Below, piece after piece: positions 36,623-50,100 of a DNA stretch of 64,000 bases; the stretch's first letter is position 1; each line of letters starts with the position of its first letter. The DNA is taken from positions 124,001 through 188,000 of the forward strand of contig NIVC01000955.1 of the NCBI GenBank assembly GCA_002269645.1, given 5' to 3'. The position numbers and the translations under genes were made by a program. The stretch is from Macrostomum lignano. Its lineage: Eukaryota. The notes below the pieces were generated by a model, which saw only the letters and a program-made list of their open reading frames with translations, did no database searches and was not told the origin of the DNA.

Positions 36623-37261
36623 GAACTTACTTTACAAGGGACGCTTTCCCAATCCCAGAATTTTACAACCTTGAAAAATCACAATTCTAAAACTTTAAAA
36701 TCCGGAACTTTGACTATCCTGAAATTTTATTTCGCAGAAATTTCAAAACTAATTCAAAATTTTTTCAAAAAATTTGCAAACTGATTGAGCGGATGAAATG
36801 AGAGACACAGATATAGTGACAGCAATCACGAGTACGAGCCTAAGACACTACAGCCTGCCGATTTCAAGGTCAAGAGGTGACAACGCAAAGTTGATCTGAA
36901 GTTTGCTTCCATGTAGGCATTTTTTATTGTAAATTGAATTAGCTTTTCGGGGAAAGCACAACGCACCATGAGGGTTTGTGTATAATTGCGTTACGTGTGT
37001 ACACCGTATAGGAGATGGGAGAGTAGCAGTGCATGACAATTGTATAAATGGATTTCACTAGCTTGCATTATCCTGCCTTCCACCTAACAGGCAGCAATCC
37101 ATGTTTTTTGCATTTCTTGTGCTCAATTATTTACGTTTAACAGACTCGATAGGCAGCTAGATGGGAATTTACCGAGAGGAATCTAAGTAAAAGTACAAAA
37201 CATAATTGCGTTTAAAACGAGAATATCAAAACAAAATAATGGCAGATGCAGCGAACAGAGA

Positions 37262-37700
37262 AAAGAGAGGGAGAGGGAGATGGAGGTGAGGGAGAGATGA
37301 GAGGGAGAGGTAGATGGAGGTGAGGGAGAGATGAGAGGGAGAGGGAGATGGAGGTGAGGGAGAGATGAGAGGGAGAGGTAGATGGAGGTGAGGGAGAGAT
37401 GAGAGGGAGAGGTAGATGGAGGTGAGGGAGAGATGAGAGGGAGAGGTAGATGGAGGTGAGGGAGAGATGAGAGGGAGAGGGAGATGGAGGTGAGGGAGAG
37501 ATGAGAGGGAGAGGTAGATGGAGGTGAGGGAGAGATGAGAGGGAGAGATGAGAGGGAGAGGTAGATGGAGGTGAGGGAGAGATGAGAGGGAGAGGTAGAT
37601 GGAGGTGAGGGAGAGATGAAAGGGAGAGGGAGATGGAAGTAGAGGCAGAGATGAGAAGAAGGGAGATGGAAGTAGAGGGAGAGGGGATGGTAGGGAGATG
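37262..37700. repeat. 34-bp GA-rich minisatellite
   Basis: Repeated GAGGGAGAGATGAGAGGGAGAGGTAGATGGAGGT. Confidence 0.93.
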
Positions 37701-38519
37701 AAAATAGAGAGAGAGAGAGGGGAGGGGATGAAAGTATAGACAGTAAAAGTCAGAGCTGAGATGGGAGAGGAGAAAACAATAAAGAGAGAAGCAGGGATAA
37801 AAGAAGGGAAGATAGAGGGAGAAAAAGAGGATGAAACAGAGAGAGGGAGTGGATGGCGCTAGCGGAGGAAGAGGCTGGGGAGGATGCAGAGAGAGTAGTG
37901 TACATGAAGATACCAGATAGGCCAGGGCTTGAGGTAAAGTCAGTTTATCCATCAAACCTCTGTGGTGCAAGCAGATGACAACAGTTGCAACCAGCAAGCA
38001 AAATAATGAGTACACAAAATTTATTGCAATTTTTAATAGTACAAAATATAGCATTCCATTCCAATTCCAATTTGCAATCCCCAGCTGACGGGCTCATCTT
38101 CGTTCTCAAAGGTTGTGGCATATGCTTGATTTATTGGGAAATTTCTCCTTTGATGCAGCTTAAATAACCGCTCGAATTCAAATGAAACCATCTCCCATTA
38201 GCTCGGGGAAATGATAAAAAATTACAGAGAAAGGGAAAGGCTTGACAAAAATGATTCTGAATTAGCACGAGAGAAACAAGAAGATTCGAGAATATTCATG
38301 ACAGAAAATGCATGGAAACCTTAGATTTGACAGCTAATGGCACGCATGGAATCCTTCACTTTCTTGAAAGGGTCTAGCCAAAAATATCAACAACTGAATA
38401 GTCTTGCGTTGGCGCTAGTTTGGCGCCCTAAAGACAGAGGCACTCTGAAGCATTCGGCGACATTGTTCCACAGCCAGTGCTGACGGCACTGCTGGCCATT
38501 CCGCTGACTCCTGAGAGTC

Positions 38520-39200
38520 AACAACAACAACAACAAAATACGCTGTCAGGATGGCAAAAGTCAGCGTCACAGGGCGCGCTTCATGGCTTGGGCGCGAACA
38601 AAGGCCGCGCCACCGGCAGTGTCCGGGGCGCCGGCGTCAGCCAGCAGACAGTCGACGTAACGCCGAGTTCGCGCTTGACCTCGCCGGTAGGGTGCCTGCA
38701 GCGTGAGCAGCAGCACCCCCTGCACCGGCTGTGGGCAGTACGACTCGGCGCGGATGAGATGGCCTGCGAGCTGGAGTCGCCGACGGCGCAGTAGATCACT
38801 TGGACGTGGCAGGCCAGCGCGGCGATAGAGTGCCGCGTTGTTGACTCGCTCGACGCCGATGTTGAAGGCAGCGCGCAGCAGGCCAGCGTGCGCCGCATCG
38901 ACTTGCTGTTCGAGTGAGTCCGTCAGCGTCCAGGTCTCGGCGTTGTAGAGCAGGACGGTCTCGATTACCGCTTGGAACAGCGCCGCCCTCTGGCGGTCCG
39001 GTAGGGCCTCGGACTGCAGGACTGCCCTCACAGAACGAAAGGCAGCCTAGGCAAGCCCGCGGCGGCGTCGCAGGTCCTCGCGAGCGTCTGGAACCAGACA
39101 GCTGAGGTAGACGAACTGCTGACATCGCGGGAGCTCGGTCGCCTGCCCGTCAGCGCCTCGGCAGAATATTGCAGCCTCGATGTCGTCCGGCACGCAGAGC
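38520..39200 (-). mobile_element. 3' end of an RTE-like LINE with (TTG)n tail
   Basis: LPRCQQFVYL...REDLRRRRGLA, then LFQAVIETVLLYNAETWTLT...RRRRLQLAGHLIR...; stop at 38567; CAACAACAACAACAA tail on + strand at about 38520-38536. Confidence 0.88.
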
Positions 39201-39348
39201 ACAAGCGCGCTAATGCTGTACGCAGGCACGCATTCAAACACACGCTCACACAGGTGTACAGCAGCCCCGACTTTCTAATTGCCAGGCATGTACAGTCTCT
39301 GTGCCTTGTGGGTTGGCCCAACCCCAGTTAATTTATTGTGCACAACAA

Positions 39349-39551
39349 TTAATAATAATTGATTACACCTGCCCCAATTGGGCCAGATGTGCAACCGACA
39401 GCTCAGCCGCCGCTATTGCGCCGTGCATCTAAAGCAATGCAGAGTTAATTGGTCTTGCTCAAAGTCATAAATTGTTCCGAGTGGGATCGGGAATCGAACC
39501 CCCGACCTTCAAGTCGCGAGTCCGACGCTCTGACCACTAGGCTAAAATCCC
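39349..39551 (-). mobile_element. tRNA-derived SINE, same family as 11827-12079 with a different middle; a second tRNA-like head follows at 39564-39618
   Basis: Minus strand TAGCCTAGTGGTCAGAGCGTCGGAC...GGGGTTCGATTCCC; shared tail CAGGTGTAATCAATTATTATT. Confidence 0.75.
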
Positions 39552-39875
39552 TTAGACTGCTCAGGGAATCGAATCAGGGGTCGTGTTGCGAGAGTCGAAC
39601 GCGTTTACCTCCGAGCTAATGTTCAACCTGACCTCAGTATGATTCATTGCAATTTAGCGCTAATGCGACTTCTAAATTGCAAGTGTTTATAGTAAGTAAT
39701 CTCCTATTACTTCTCAATTCCAAAGTAACCTAGAGAAAAAGTTCAAATTTCGATAGTTTGGTTGAAAAATTAAGAATAAAAAATTTGAATACCTTTTTTC
39801 GTTTAATTGGTTAATAGAAGTGTCAAATTTAATCAGGAGAAAACTGCATGCATGACAGGAATCATCCAGTCGCAA

Positions 39876-42496
39876 CTACAGCAGGTTGCTGTACACTTTG
39901 TTGGAAAACTTCGGCATCTCGGAGCCGGACGACGCGACAGACGATGAGCAACAGGAGCCTCTGTGCTGCCGCTGCTGCCGCTGCTGGAACAGTCGCTGCT
40001 GCTCGATGTTCAACTCCAACAGGCCGACGCCGGGCTGACAATCGTCGTGCAGCTGCCGATGTCTCGCTGACGCCGGCAGAGTCAGCTCAGCCGACAGACC
40101 CGCTGCCGGCCCAGACTCGTCCACCGGCCTTGAGCGCTGCTGCTGCCGCCGCCGCTTCCGCATCGAGGCCAAGCAGCAGTACACGGTTGCTATGGCCAGC
40201 AGCGTCAGCAACAGGAGGCTCACAGCCGGCAGCGATACGAGAAGCATCGCCCGATGCAGACTGGCATCGCCAGCTGCTGCTGCTGCTGCCGCCGCTGCCG
40301 CAGTGGACGGTGGCGCGGTTCCTCCTTGAATCGATACGTCTTCTGGCAGCTGTCGACAAGCCGCAGTGCGCAGCTGCTCCAGTTCAGCTCGCCGCAGCGT
40401 CTGGCAGGCGGCTCGCTGGCCGGGCGAGGAGCACGGCGACGACGGGTCCTGCAGCAGGTCGCCGATGCCGCTGCCGTTGACGACTCCGGGCAGACGGACG
40501 TAGCGCAGAGTCTCCAGGCCGCACAGGGAGCAGCCAGTGAGCTGCAGCCGTGGATTTCCGGCCAGATCCAGCGAGCGCAGCCGGGCCGGCCCGCCAGTGA
40601 GCCGCGGGTCGGATTGGTCGCCGTCAAATCGAGTCAACCGATTGCTGCTCAGGTCGAGCACCTGCAGGCGGTTGAGGCCCGACAGCAGGTCGGGGTCGAG
40701 TCGGGTCAGGCGGTTCTTGGCCAGAGACAGGAAGCTCAGCCGATTGGCGGGTCCGAGCAGCTGAGCTGAGCAGAGCCGACTGAGCCGGTTGCCGCTGAGG
40801 TCGAGGAAGGCGAGGTCAGTCTGGCTGGCCAGGGCCTGCGGGTGCAGCCTGGAGATGCGGTTGTCACTGAGGTCCAGCTTCTTGAGGCGGTTCAGTCCCG
40901 AGAGCATGCCGGCTGGCACAGAGTCCAGGCTGTTCTTCTCCAGGTAGAGATACTTCAGACTGGGCAGGCGGGAGAACGCTTTGGTTGGGAGGCTGTTAGA
41001 GTAAGGTAGGGAGGGGATATGGAGCATTTTAGCAGTTGCTCGTGAATGAAAACACAAATAGAAACACACCTCGAAATCTCGTTGCTACCCAAGCTCAGCG
41101 CAAATGTCCGATTTAGCCCGGCGAACATGTTCGGCCGCAGGCTGGTCAGCCGGTTCCCGGCCAGCGACAGAGTCTCCAGCCGGACCAGGTGTCCGAAGGC
41201 GCCATCCTCGATGCTGTCAATTCGATTGTCTGCCAGCACCAGGTACCTCAGGTGAGTCAAGCCGTCCAGTGTCCGCTGGCCCAAGCTGCTCAGCTCGTTC
41301 TTCTGCAGCACAAGGCTGACGGTGCCGGGCGGCAGGCTGCCGAAGGCGCCGTCCTCGATCCAGCGCAGGCTGTTGTCGAACATGTTCAATGACTCGGCCG
41401 CGGCTGACCAGGCCAGGAAATGCCGGCGCCTAATTCGGACAATGTGGTTTCTTTGCAGGTGAAAGTCGATTAGTCTGGCTGGTCCTCGAACGCTGGGCAC
41501 TCGATCGAATTGGTTTCGGTCCAGGTAGAGCCCGGTGAGATTCGGCATGCCGATGAGCAGATGGTCCGGCAGGTAGCCAAGCTGATTGTCCACCAGGCTG
41601 AGCTGAGTCAGGCGGCCGCAGCAGTGGCCGAATGCGAATTCCTCCACGCTTTCTAGCCGGTTGCCATGCAGCTTCAGACTGTTGAGCGAGTTCAGCCATT
41701 TGAAAGCGAAGTTCGGTAGCACAGCGATGAGGTTGCGCTCCAGTCGGAGCTCCTCGAGCGCTTCGAGGCATTCGAAGCTGTTCGGCTCGACGCGACTTAT
41801 GCGGTTGTCGTTCAAATAAAGGAAGCGGAGGCTGCGGATGCCGCAGGGCGAGCCGGCGCTCGGGTGGCTCTCGCGGACTCGCCTCGTTCCGAAGGTGAGC
41901 GCCGTGACCTCGTCGAGTCGATTGTGGCTGAGGTCTAGGTAGATAAGAAATCGAAGCCGATCGAACGCCTGGAAGCCGACAGACGCGATGGCGTTGTTCT
42001 GTAGCTCAAGACGACGCAAGTTTGGCATCGAAGCGAAGTGCGGCTGCTGCAGGGCGCCAAGCTGATTGTCGCTCAAGTCGAGCCACTGCAGTCTGGGCGC
42101 CACTTCCAGACTGCGCGCCAGTTCGCCCTCGATAGCGGTGACGCCGGCGCTGCGGACGAACAGGCGGCCGTGGGAGCAAAGAAAGTCCTTGGCCACTGGC
42201 CGACCGCCAACGTGACCGGCTGAAGTCGTGGCGGGGTCGCCCGGCAGAGAGTGCCGGTTCCGGCAGAACAGCTGCTGCTGCGGATGCTGCTGCTGGTGCG
42301 GCGGGTGTTCACTGTCCGGTCTACGAACGAAGCAGACGCATTGAGGCGACGGCAGTTCAGCCTGCGGAGGCTGCCACGCCTGCTGCTGTTGTTGTTGAGA
42401 TGAAAAGGCCAACAAATTGGACAGCAAGATGAGTTGATGAAGACGACAAAGAAGCTGAGCAGTCATGGCTATGCTAAACCGTCGAGGGTTAGGCAT
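39876..42496 (-). CDS. Leucine-rich-repeat type I membrane protein (signal peptide, about 20 LRRs, one TM, short tail, no TIR), 2 exons, about 847 aa
   Basis: Exons 41070-42496 and 39876-40992 joined by a 77-bp phase 2 GT-AG intron; LxxLxLxxNxL repeats; TM LLVSLPAVSLLLLTLLAIATVYCCL followed by MRKRRR. Confidence 0.88.
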
Positions 42497-43181
42497 CCAG
42501 TGTAGAGACGACAGAGAGAGATATTAGCTGAAGCTAGCTCCCCCAGTGGGAATAAGGAGCCGTAGACTGACTGACGGGTCGCTGCGCTCTCTCCATTGGC
42601 CAAGGCTGGGCTCAGCAAACCAGAAGAGACCATGGCATCAGCTAAGCCAAGCTGTAGAAAGACAGACAGTCGGAGACAGAGATGAGAACACAGAGAGAGA
42701 GAGAGATGTTATCTTCACTGCTCTCTACACTAACAAACCAGTTAATGGCGCTGCTCAATAGGACCAGAGTGATACAGCATCGTAGAGCAGGGAGCGAAGT
42801 AGAAAACAAGAGACTTTAACTTTCGCTTGGCTTGCTCACGACTCGCTTCCATTGCGCCAACTGCTTGCCTTCAATTCAGGTCTCTATAAACAAGTCAGTC
42901 TGTCCCATTCGATGCCCATACTATATTTGCCATTAAATAATTAATTTAGTGCCTATCTTCTTTCAACTGTCTGCATCTCAGAAAAAAAAAACGAAACGAG
43001 TCTTTTGAGCTTTGATTAGATGCAAATCGTCTGCGGAACCAGTTTTTGCTGAGTAGCTTATATATTAGTATGAGTACTGCCTATTTTCTATAGTGAGGAT
43101 TTAAATCTCAACGGAGCGCGAAATTAAGCACAGCCAGGGGGAGGATAGAAAAAGAAGTTTTGCTAGGAGGCCAATTTATAG

Positions 43182-45799
43182 CTTGGTCTTGCCGCGATTG
43201 CTTTAGCCGCGACTTTTCAAGCAGACATCCTGCGAGCGTATTCAGAGGCATTAATGAGGTCAGGCTTTGGGTCAGGCTCTTCCCAAGGACTGCCAGTCAA
43301 TGGCACGGGTTCTCCCGTAAAACATCTCTTCCCAGAGAGCTGCAAAGGCGACGTGAGACCCAGAAGCGTAGCTAATATTTCCTATGCATGGGGGCGTATA
43401 AGCTGAATTTCGCGTCTTACAGTATGCATCAAGATGTGTGCCAAGAAGCTACAGATCGAGTGACCAAAGAAGCTACAGATCGAGTGACCAAAGAAGCTAC
43501 AGATCGAGTGACCAAAGAAGCTACATAACGAGTGACCAAAGAAGCTAAATAACGAGTGACCATAGAAGCAACATAACGAGTGACCAAAGAAGCTACACAA
43601 CGAGTGACCAAAGAAGCTACACAACGAGTGACCAAAGAAGCTACACAAAGAGTGACCAAAGAAGCTACATAACGATCGTGACGAAAGAAGCTACATAACG
43701 ATCGTGACGAAAGAAGCTACATAACGATCGTGACGAAAGAAGCCGCATAACGAGTGACCAAAGAAGCTACATAACGAGTGACCAAAGAAGCTACATAAAA
43801 AGTGACGAAAGAAGCTGCATAACGAGTGACCATAGAAGCTACATAACGAGTGACCAAAGAAGCCAAATAACAACTGACCAAAAAAGCTACACAACGAGGT
43901 ACCAAAGAAGCTACACAACGAGGTACCAAAGAAGCTGAATTTCTAGAACTCCACTGCAAAGTATGGGCATACAGTGTTTTATAGGCCAGATAAAGATAAT
44001 CAGCTATATAATTCCAAAAGCAATCCTAATACACAATTCATGGCAAGGGTACTCACATGTCTCTGTATCGAGTAGCCTGAGAAACCCTCTCCCAGTCTCT
44101 CAGTGAATATTGAAATAGAATTCACGTGGCATCATAATCGAATTAATCGATGCAAGAAAGCAGATCCCAAGGGGTCCCCGGACTGGGGGGATGGAGTGGC
44201 TCTCCAATCGAATGCTGATACGATCGACCGAGAGATGAAAGTGATATGGCACTGTATTAATCTAAATTCTCTCTCTGCGAGTCAGATGTCACCGAATAAT
44301 AATAATGCATGCTCTCTGTAGAACAAAAAAGTCGATTGATTTCCAAGGCGAGGCCTTGCGCGATGGAGAGCCAGCTCGAGTTTTGGCAGAAATAAGATTA
44401 GCATTCATGTATGGAAAAACTGTATTAGGATAATTCACAGGGCAACAAGTTCCATGCTCGTATTGCAGGGCAGGAAATTTGGCTTTTCACAGATTTTTAT
44501 ATTGGATTTCTGGGTGGAGATGGAGATCAAGCTTACCAGCATTTTGAGCGAGCAGCCTGTAGATCGAGTGACCAAAGAAGCTACATGTATACAGGTTTAA
44601 CGAGTGACCAAATAATGCTGCATGCATGGTCACTCGATCGTTATATAACTTCATGGACGTATATGTGAGCTTATATATATTATAAATTTCTTTAGTACAT
44701 AGTGAGCACAGCGTGCCATTGCTGTGTGACAGTGCAAGAGCGAAAAAGTGATGCCGGGGCACGTTGGAGAAGGCTAGGGCGTGAGCGAAGGAGAGAGATC
44801 AGACTGTACATGCTACACTCGTTCTGTAGCCAAGGACCACTAGAACTAGGGTAACTTCTAGTGGTCCTTGTCTGTAGCTTTTTGGCTGAGATGTCAAGGC
44901 TGACGGGGAATTGCTGAGATGTCAAGGCTGACGGGGAATTGCTGAGATGTCAAGGCTGAGGGGAAGGATTGCTGAGATGTTAAGGCTCACGGGGAATTGC
45001 TGAGAGGTCAAGGCTGAGGGGAAGGATTGCTGAGATGTTAAGGCTCACGGGGAATTGCTGAGAGGTCAAGGCTGACGGGGAATTGCTAAGAGGTCAATGG
45101 TCACGGGGGAATTGCTGAGATGTCAAGACTGACGGGGAATTGCCGAAATGTCAAGGCTGACGGGGAATTGCTGAGATGTCAAGGCTGAGGGGAAGGATTG
45201 CTGAGATGTTAAGGCTCACGGGGAATTGCTGAGAGGTCAAGGCTGACGGGGAATTGCTAAGAGGTCAATGGTCACGGGGGAATTGCTGAGATGTCAAGAC
45301 TGACGGGGAATTGCCGAAATGTCAAGGCTGACGGGGAATTGCTGAGATGTCAAGGCTGACGGGGAATTGCTGAGATGTCAAGGCTGACGGGGAATTGCCG
45401 AAATGTCAAGGCTGACGGGGAATTGCTGAGATGTCAAGGCTGACGGGGAATTGCTGAGATGTCAAGGCTGACGGGGAATTGCTGAGATGTCAAGGCTGAG
45501 GGGAAGGATTGCTGAGATGTTAAGGCTCACGGGGAATTGCTGAGAGGTCAATGGTCACGGGGGAATTGCTGAGATGTCAAGACTGACGGGGAATTGCCGA
45601 AATGTCAAGGCTGAGAGATCAGAAGCTGCATGCAGTTTATTCAATTTTTTATTATATTCTTTGTTGGCTCCCCAACTTATGGCGCTGTTTGCTAATTTTA
45701 TTCTCGTTTTCTGTCTCCATCCATCGATCTCTCAGAATCGACGAGGCCCGTTACACGACCTACAGCACAAGAGAGTCTGATTTTACTTGGTGTGAATAA
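43182..45799 (+). CDS. Candidate multi-exon gene of unknown function; begins with a signal-peptide-like exon lacking ATG
   Basis: Open exon 43182-43395 (LGLAAIALAATFQADILRAY...) phase-matches 44104-44253 (NIEIEFTWHHNRINRCKKADPKGSPDWGDG...); further open segments near 44348 and 44484; strong acceptor and terminal exon 45736-45799. Full path not resolved. Confidence 0.3.
43440..43938. repeat. 24-bp minisatellite
   Basis: Repeated GAGTGACCAAAGAAGCTACA(GATC/TAAC/CAAC). Confidence 0.95.
44884..45615. repeat. 27-30-bp minisatellite
   Basis: Repeated GCTGAGATGTCAAGGCTGACGGGGAATT. Confidence 0.95.
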
Positions 45800-46259
45800 G
45801 CAGATGGCAGAGTGACGGACCTCCCTAAACTCTCTTGGCTATGGCCTTCCTGTCTGCATTTGCCTAACAAAATAAACCGAGCTAATTAGCCAATAGTTTT
45901 AATGTACTTGCAAAAATGACAATTTCAGATAATCGTTGACTTAATGAGATACGAAGACACCTAATGAACACGTTGGTGCACGCCAACTTGCAGTAACACA
46001 ATTAAAATACGAGCGTGTATTCTGATAGTTCCAAAAATACATGAAAAAAAAACAATTATAAAATAGATTTTTCAAGAGAATGGCGCTGTGTTGATAATAA
46101 CAGCAATCAGTTCAGTTACTATAGAGATTATTAATTTAATAAGTAAAACACGACAGAAAAACACAAAATTTCGCGGAAAATAATTATATATTCTTTTAAA
46201 ATCTAAAAACTTCAGACACTAAAAATAAATGATCAGCAATGACAGCAGAGGGACGGGGG

Positions 46260-46520
46260 CGTCATTTCTTAGAAAGAAAAGTTGCTTTTTTGTGGAAGCA
46301 GATTATCATTTCTACTCGTTTCTTAGAAATTTACTAAAAACGAGGAAAATTGCTTTTTGCTAGGAGCAAACTATCAAATAATCGTTTCTTAGAAAATTTT
46401 CTTAGACACGATAAATGCTTTTTGTTAAAAACAAATAGACCGATGATTGTTTCTTAGAATTTTTAATTTTTTTTCTTAGAAACACAAAATGTTTTTTATT
46501 GAAAACAGATTGTATCTGAG
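46260..46520. repeat. Decayed AT-rich tandem repeat with GTTTCTTAGAAA core
   Basis: About four spaced copies of (TC)GTTTCTTAGAA followed by TGCTTTTT. Confidence 0.5.
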
Positions 46521-47140
46521 ACAATTTTCATAGAAACTTTCAACAATGCGTTTTGCCAGATGCAGATCGACTGATCGTCTTTGAATATATCTTTTGGTGA
46601 TTTTGTGAAGTCAAGTATTCTTACGCAAATGATTAAATAATTTTCAATAAAATATTTGTACACCTTTTTAAGTAGTGAATTTAGCGTAAAGCAAATGAAT
46701 TTTTTTCCAAGAAACGAGGTCTCCCATCCTTCTACTTTTAGTAGTCAGTGACGGACATGACAGCTTGCGTCCTCGATGGCTGGTTGGCTGTCGCCTTGAA
46801 TAGCCGCAGTGCCCCTTAATCATTAAGTGACTCAATTAACTGATTGTTTCACAGGGGATTAAACTGGATAGAGAAGTAGGCAATGCGCACACAACAGTTA
46901 AGGAGGGGTGACAAACAAAACCATGAGAACAATTAATTACTACAGACAGAATAGAAAGCTAGTAGGATTTTTAAAACAAACATTTCTGAAATCATGCTAG
47001 CAAGCGAATGTAAAGTGACTTAAGAAGTTTTCCCGATGAATTGATAAGAGTCAGCAATTATCTTCGTTTTCGCGAGCTTTACTTTGTAGTTTAATTGTAC
47101 CAATTTGTTTTAATCGATTGGCGGAGTTAATTAGGCATAA

Positions 47141-50100
47141 TTAACACCTGCTGAGAATCCAATTGCACATCGCCTCTCGGACTTGGCTCCGGTAAGGCTC
47201 GACCTGGATAAATTGAAAGGGAAATCAATTTCGCTATATACTACTAGCTTGATAAGTAGGAGGCATTAAATTTGTAAATAAACAGGACCAATGAGACCTA
47301 ACTGAGGAACAATGAGACACAGCTGAGGACCAATAAATGAGAGACAACTGAGGATCAATGAGACACAACTGAGTATCAATGACAATGAGAGACAACTGAG
47401 GATCAATGAGACACAACTGAGGACTAATGAGACACAACTGAGGACTAATGAGACACAACTGAGGACTAATGAGACACAACTGAGGACTAATGAGACACAA
47501 CTGAGGACTAATGAGACACAACTGAGGACTAATGAGACACAACTGAGGACTAATGAGACACAACTGAGGATCAATGAGACACAACTGAGGACTAATGAGA
47601 CACAACTGAGGATCAATGAGACACAACTGAGGATCAATGACAATGAGACACAGCTGAGGATCAATGAGACACATCTGATGATCAATGAGACACATCTGAT
47701 GATCAATGAGACACAACTGAGGATCAATGAGACACAACTGAGGATCAATGACAATGAGACACAGCTGAGGATCAATGAGACACATCTGATGATCAATGAG
47801 ACACATCTGATGATCAATGAGACACATCTGATGATCAATAAGACCAGACACATACAAGACACAAATTGTGGTCAGTGAAAGCAGAAAAAACACACGACAA
47901 CACCGATTGAGGACCAATGAGCTCACGCGCAATGAAACACCGATAGTGTGCCGAATGCCTTAGGCTTACCTCATAGTGCAGCTGGTGGCCCAGATTGTCG
48001 AAGCTAACAAACTCTTTATCCTCAGTGACAGCCCGTTGAAAGAATCGCTCGCTACCCTGATAATAAGTGAGCATGTCGGGCCTGGCGTGCAGCACAATGA
48101 AGGGGAAGTCAGCTCGGTACTCGGCCAGCGACTCGATAGCGTCAATGATAGCCAAGCCCGAGGCGCAGCGAACTCCGCGACTAAACTGTAGCGGGTCGTT
48201 TTTTAACTCTTCCCGCATTGCCTCGTCCGAGGTCAGGTATTCCACCTGTTTTTTAGTAATATAAAACACATAATAAATTTGCGCTGTGCGCTACTTAGTA
48301 AGTAAATTCAAATCTTTAGAAATCAATAAATCTTCTCAATTAGGTTTCATGGAGAATCAAGCAGTAGGCCGCTCGGGGAATAAAACGGTGGGCCTCTAGG
48401 GGAATTAAATGGTAGGCCTCTAGGGGAATTAAACGGTAGGCCTCTAGGGGAATTAAACGGTCGGCCTCTTGGAGAATTAAACGGAAGGTTTCACAGGGAA
48501 TTAAAAGGTTGGGCTCTGGGGGAATTAAACGGTAGGCCTCTAGGGGAATTAAACGGTCGGCCTCTTGGAGAATTAAACGGAAGGTTTCACAGGGAATTAA
48601 ACGGTAGGTTTCACAGGGAATTAAACGGTAGGTTTCACAGGGAATTAAACGGTAGGTTTCACAGGGAATTAAACGGTCGGCCTCTCGGGGAATTAAACGC
48701 TGGGTTTCACAGGGAATAAAAATATTGGCCTCTCAGGGAATTAAACGGTCGGTCTCTCAGGGAATTAAACGGTCGGCCTCTCGGGGAATTAAACGCTGGG
48801 TTTCACAGGGAATAAAAATATTGGCCTCTCGGGGATTTAAACGGTCGGCCTCTTAGGGAATTAACGGTAGGCTTCTCGGGGAATTAAACGGTAGGTTTTA
48901 CAGGGAATTAAACAGTCGGCCTCTTGTGGAATTAAACGGTCGGTCTCTCGGGGAATTAAATAGTAGGCCTCTCGGGGAATTAAACGGTCGGCCTCTCGGG
49001 GAATTAAACGCTGGGTTTCACAGGGAATAAAAATATTGGCCTCTCGGGGATTTAAACGGTCGGCCTCTTAGGGAATTAACGGTAGGCTTCTCGGGGAATT
49101 AAACGGTAGGTTTTACAGGGAATTAAACAGTCGGCCTCTCGGGAAACTATACGGTCGGCCTCTTGTGGAATTAAACGGTCGGTCTCTCGGGGAATTAAAC
49201 GGTAGGCCTCTCGGGGAATTAAACGGTAGGCCTCTCGGGGAATTAAACGGTAGGCCTCTCGGGGAATTAAACGGTAGGCCTCTCGGGGAATTAAACGGTA
49301 GGCCTCTCGGGGAATTAAACGGTAGGCCTCTCGGGGAATTAAACGGTCGGTCTCTCGGGGAATTAAATAGTAGGCCGCTCGGGGAATTAAACGGTAGGTT
49401 TCACAGGGAATCAAATAGTCGGCCTCTCTAAACAATGGACTGGCATAAGCTACAATTTTAAAAGGTATGACGATTGGGGATAATGTTAATAATTAAGACA
49501 GAAAGTCGCAGCACCTTCATCTCTGAGAACGGCATAACCATCTGCGGACACAGGTAGGCCAACCATCTGCCTACGGTAATCTTCCAAGCTGGTGCAAATG
49601 CTGGATTAACGCCCAGAGCTGGTGCGTTGAGCAACAGGCCGCGAAACAGACCAGGTTCAGCCTTTGCGCACAGCACCGCAGCCAGTCCGCCCATGGAGTG
49701 ACCCATGAGGAAAATTGGTGTGCCAGGATTGGCTGACCGAATCTGTCTGGCGTGGCTTAGCACTGGATCAACAATGTCCTGCATGTTCGAGACTAGGCCT
49801 GGCACACCAGGACTCAGACCGTGCCCGTCTGTGCAATCAATGGGGTGGGTGTAGAACTTTGGTGGAATAAAAATTATGAGCTGACAGCTGAATGTGGGAA
49901 TAGAACTCTAGAAACCAGAGTAGAGTGAAGGAATAGAACTCAGAAACTAGAGTAGAATATAGGAATAGAACTCTAGAAACTAGAGCAGAGTGAGGGAATA
50001 GAACTCCAACAATCTCATTAAAGTAATACTACAAAATTCCTAATCTATTTATTAATAGAATAAGATAATAATGAGATAATGAAGTAATAGCATTGTAACA

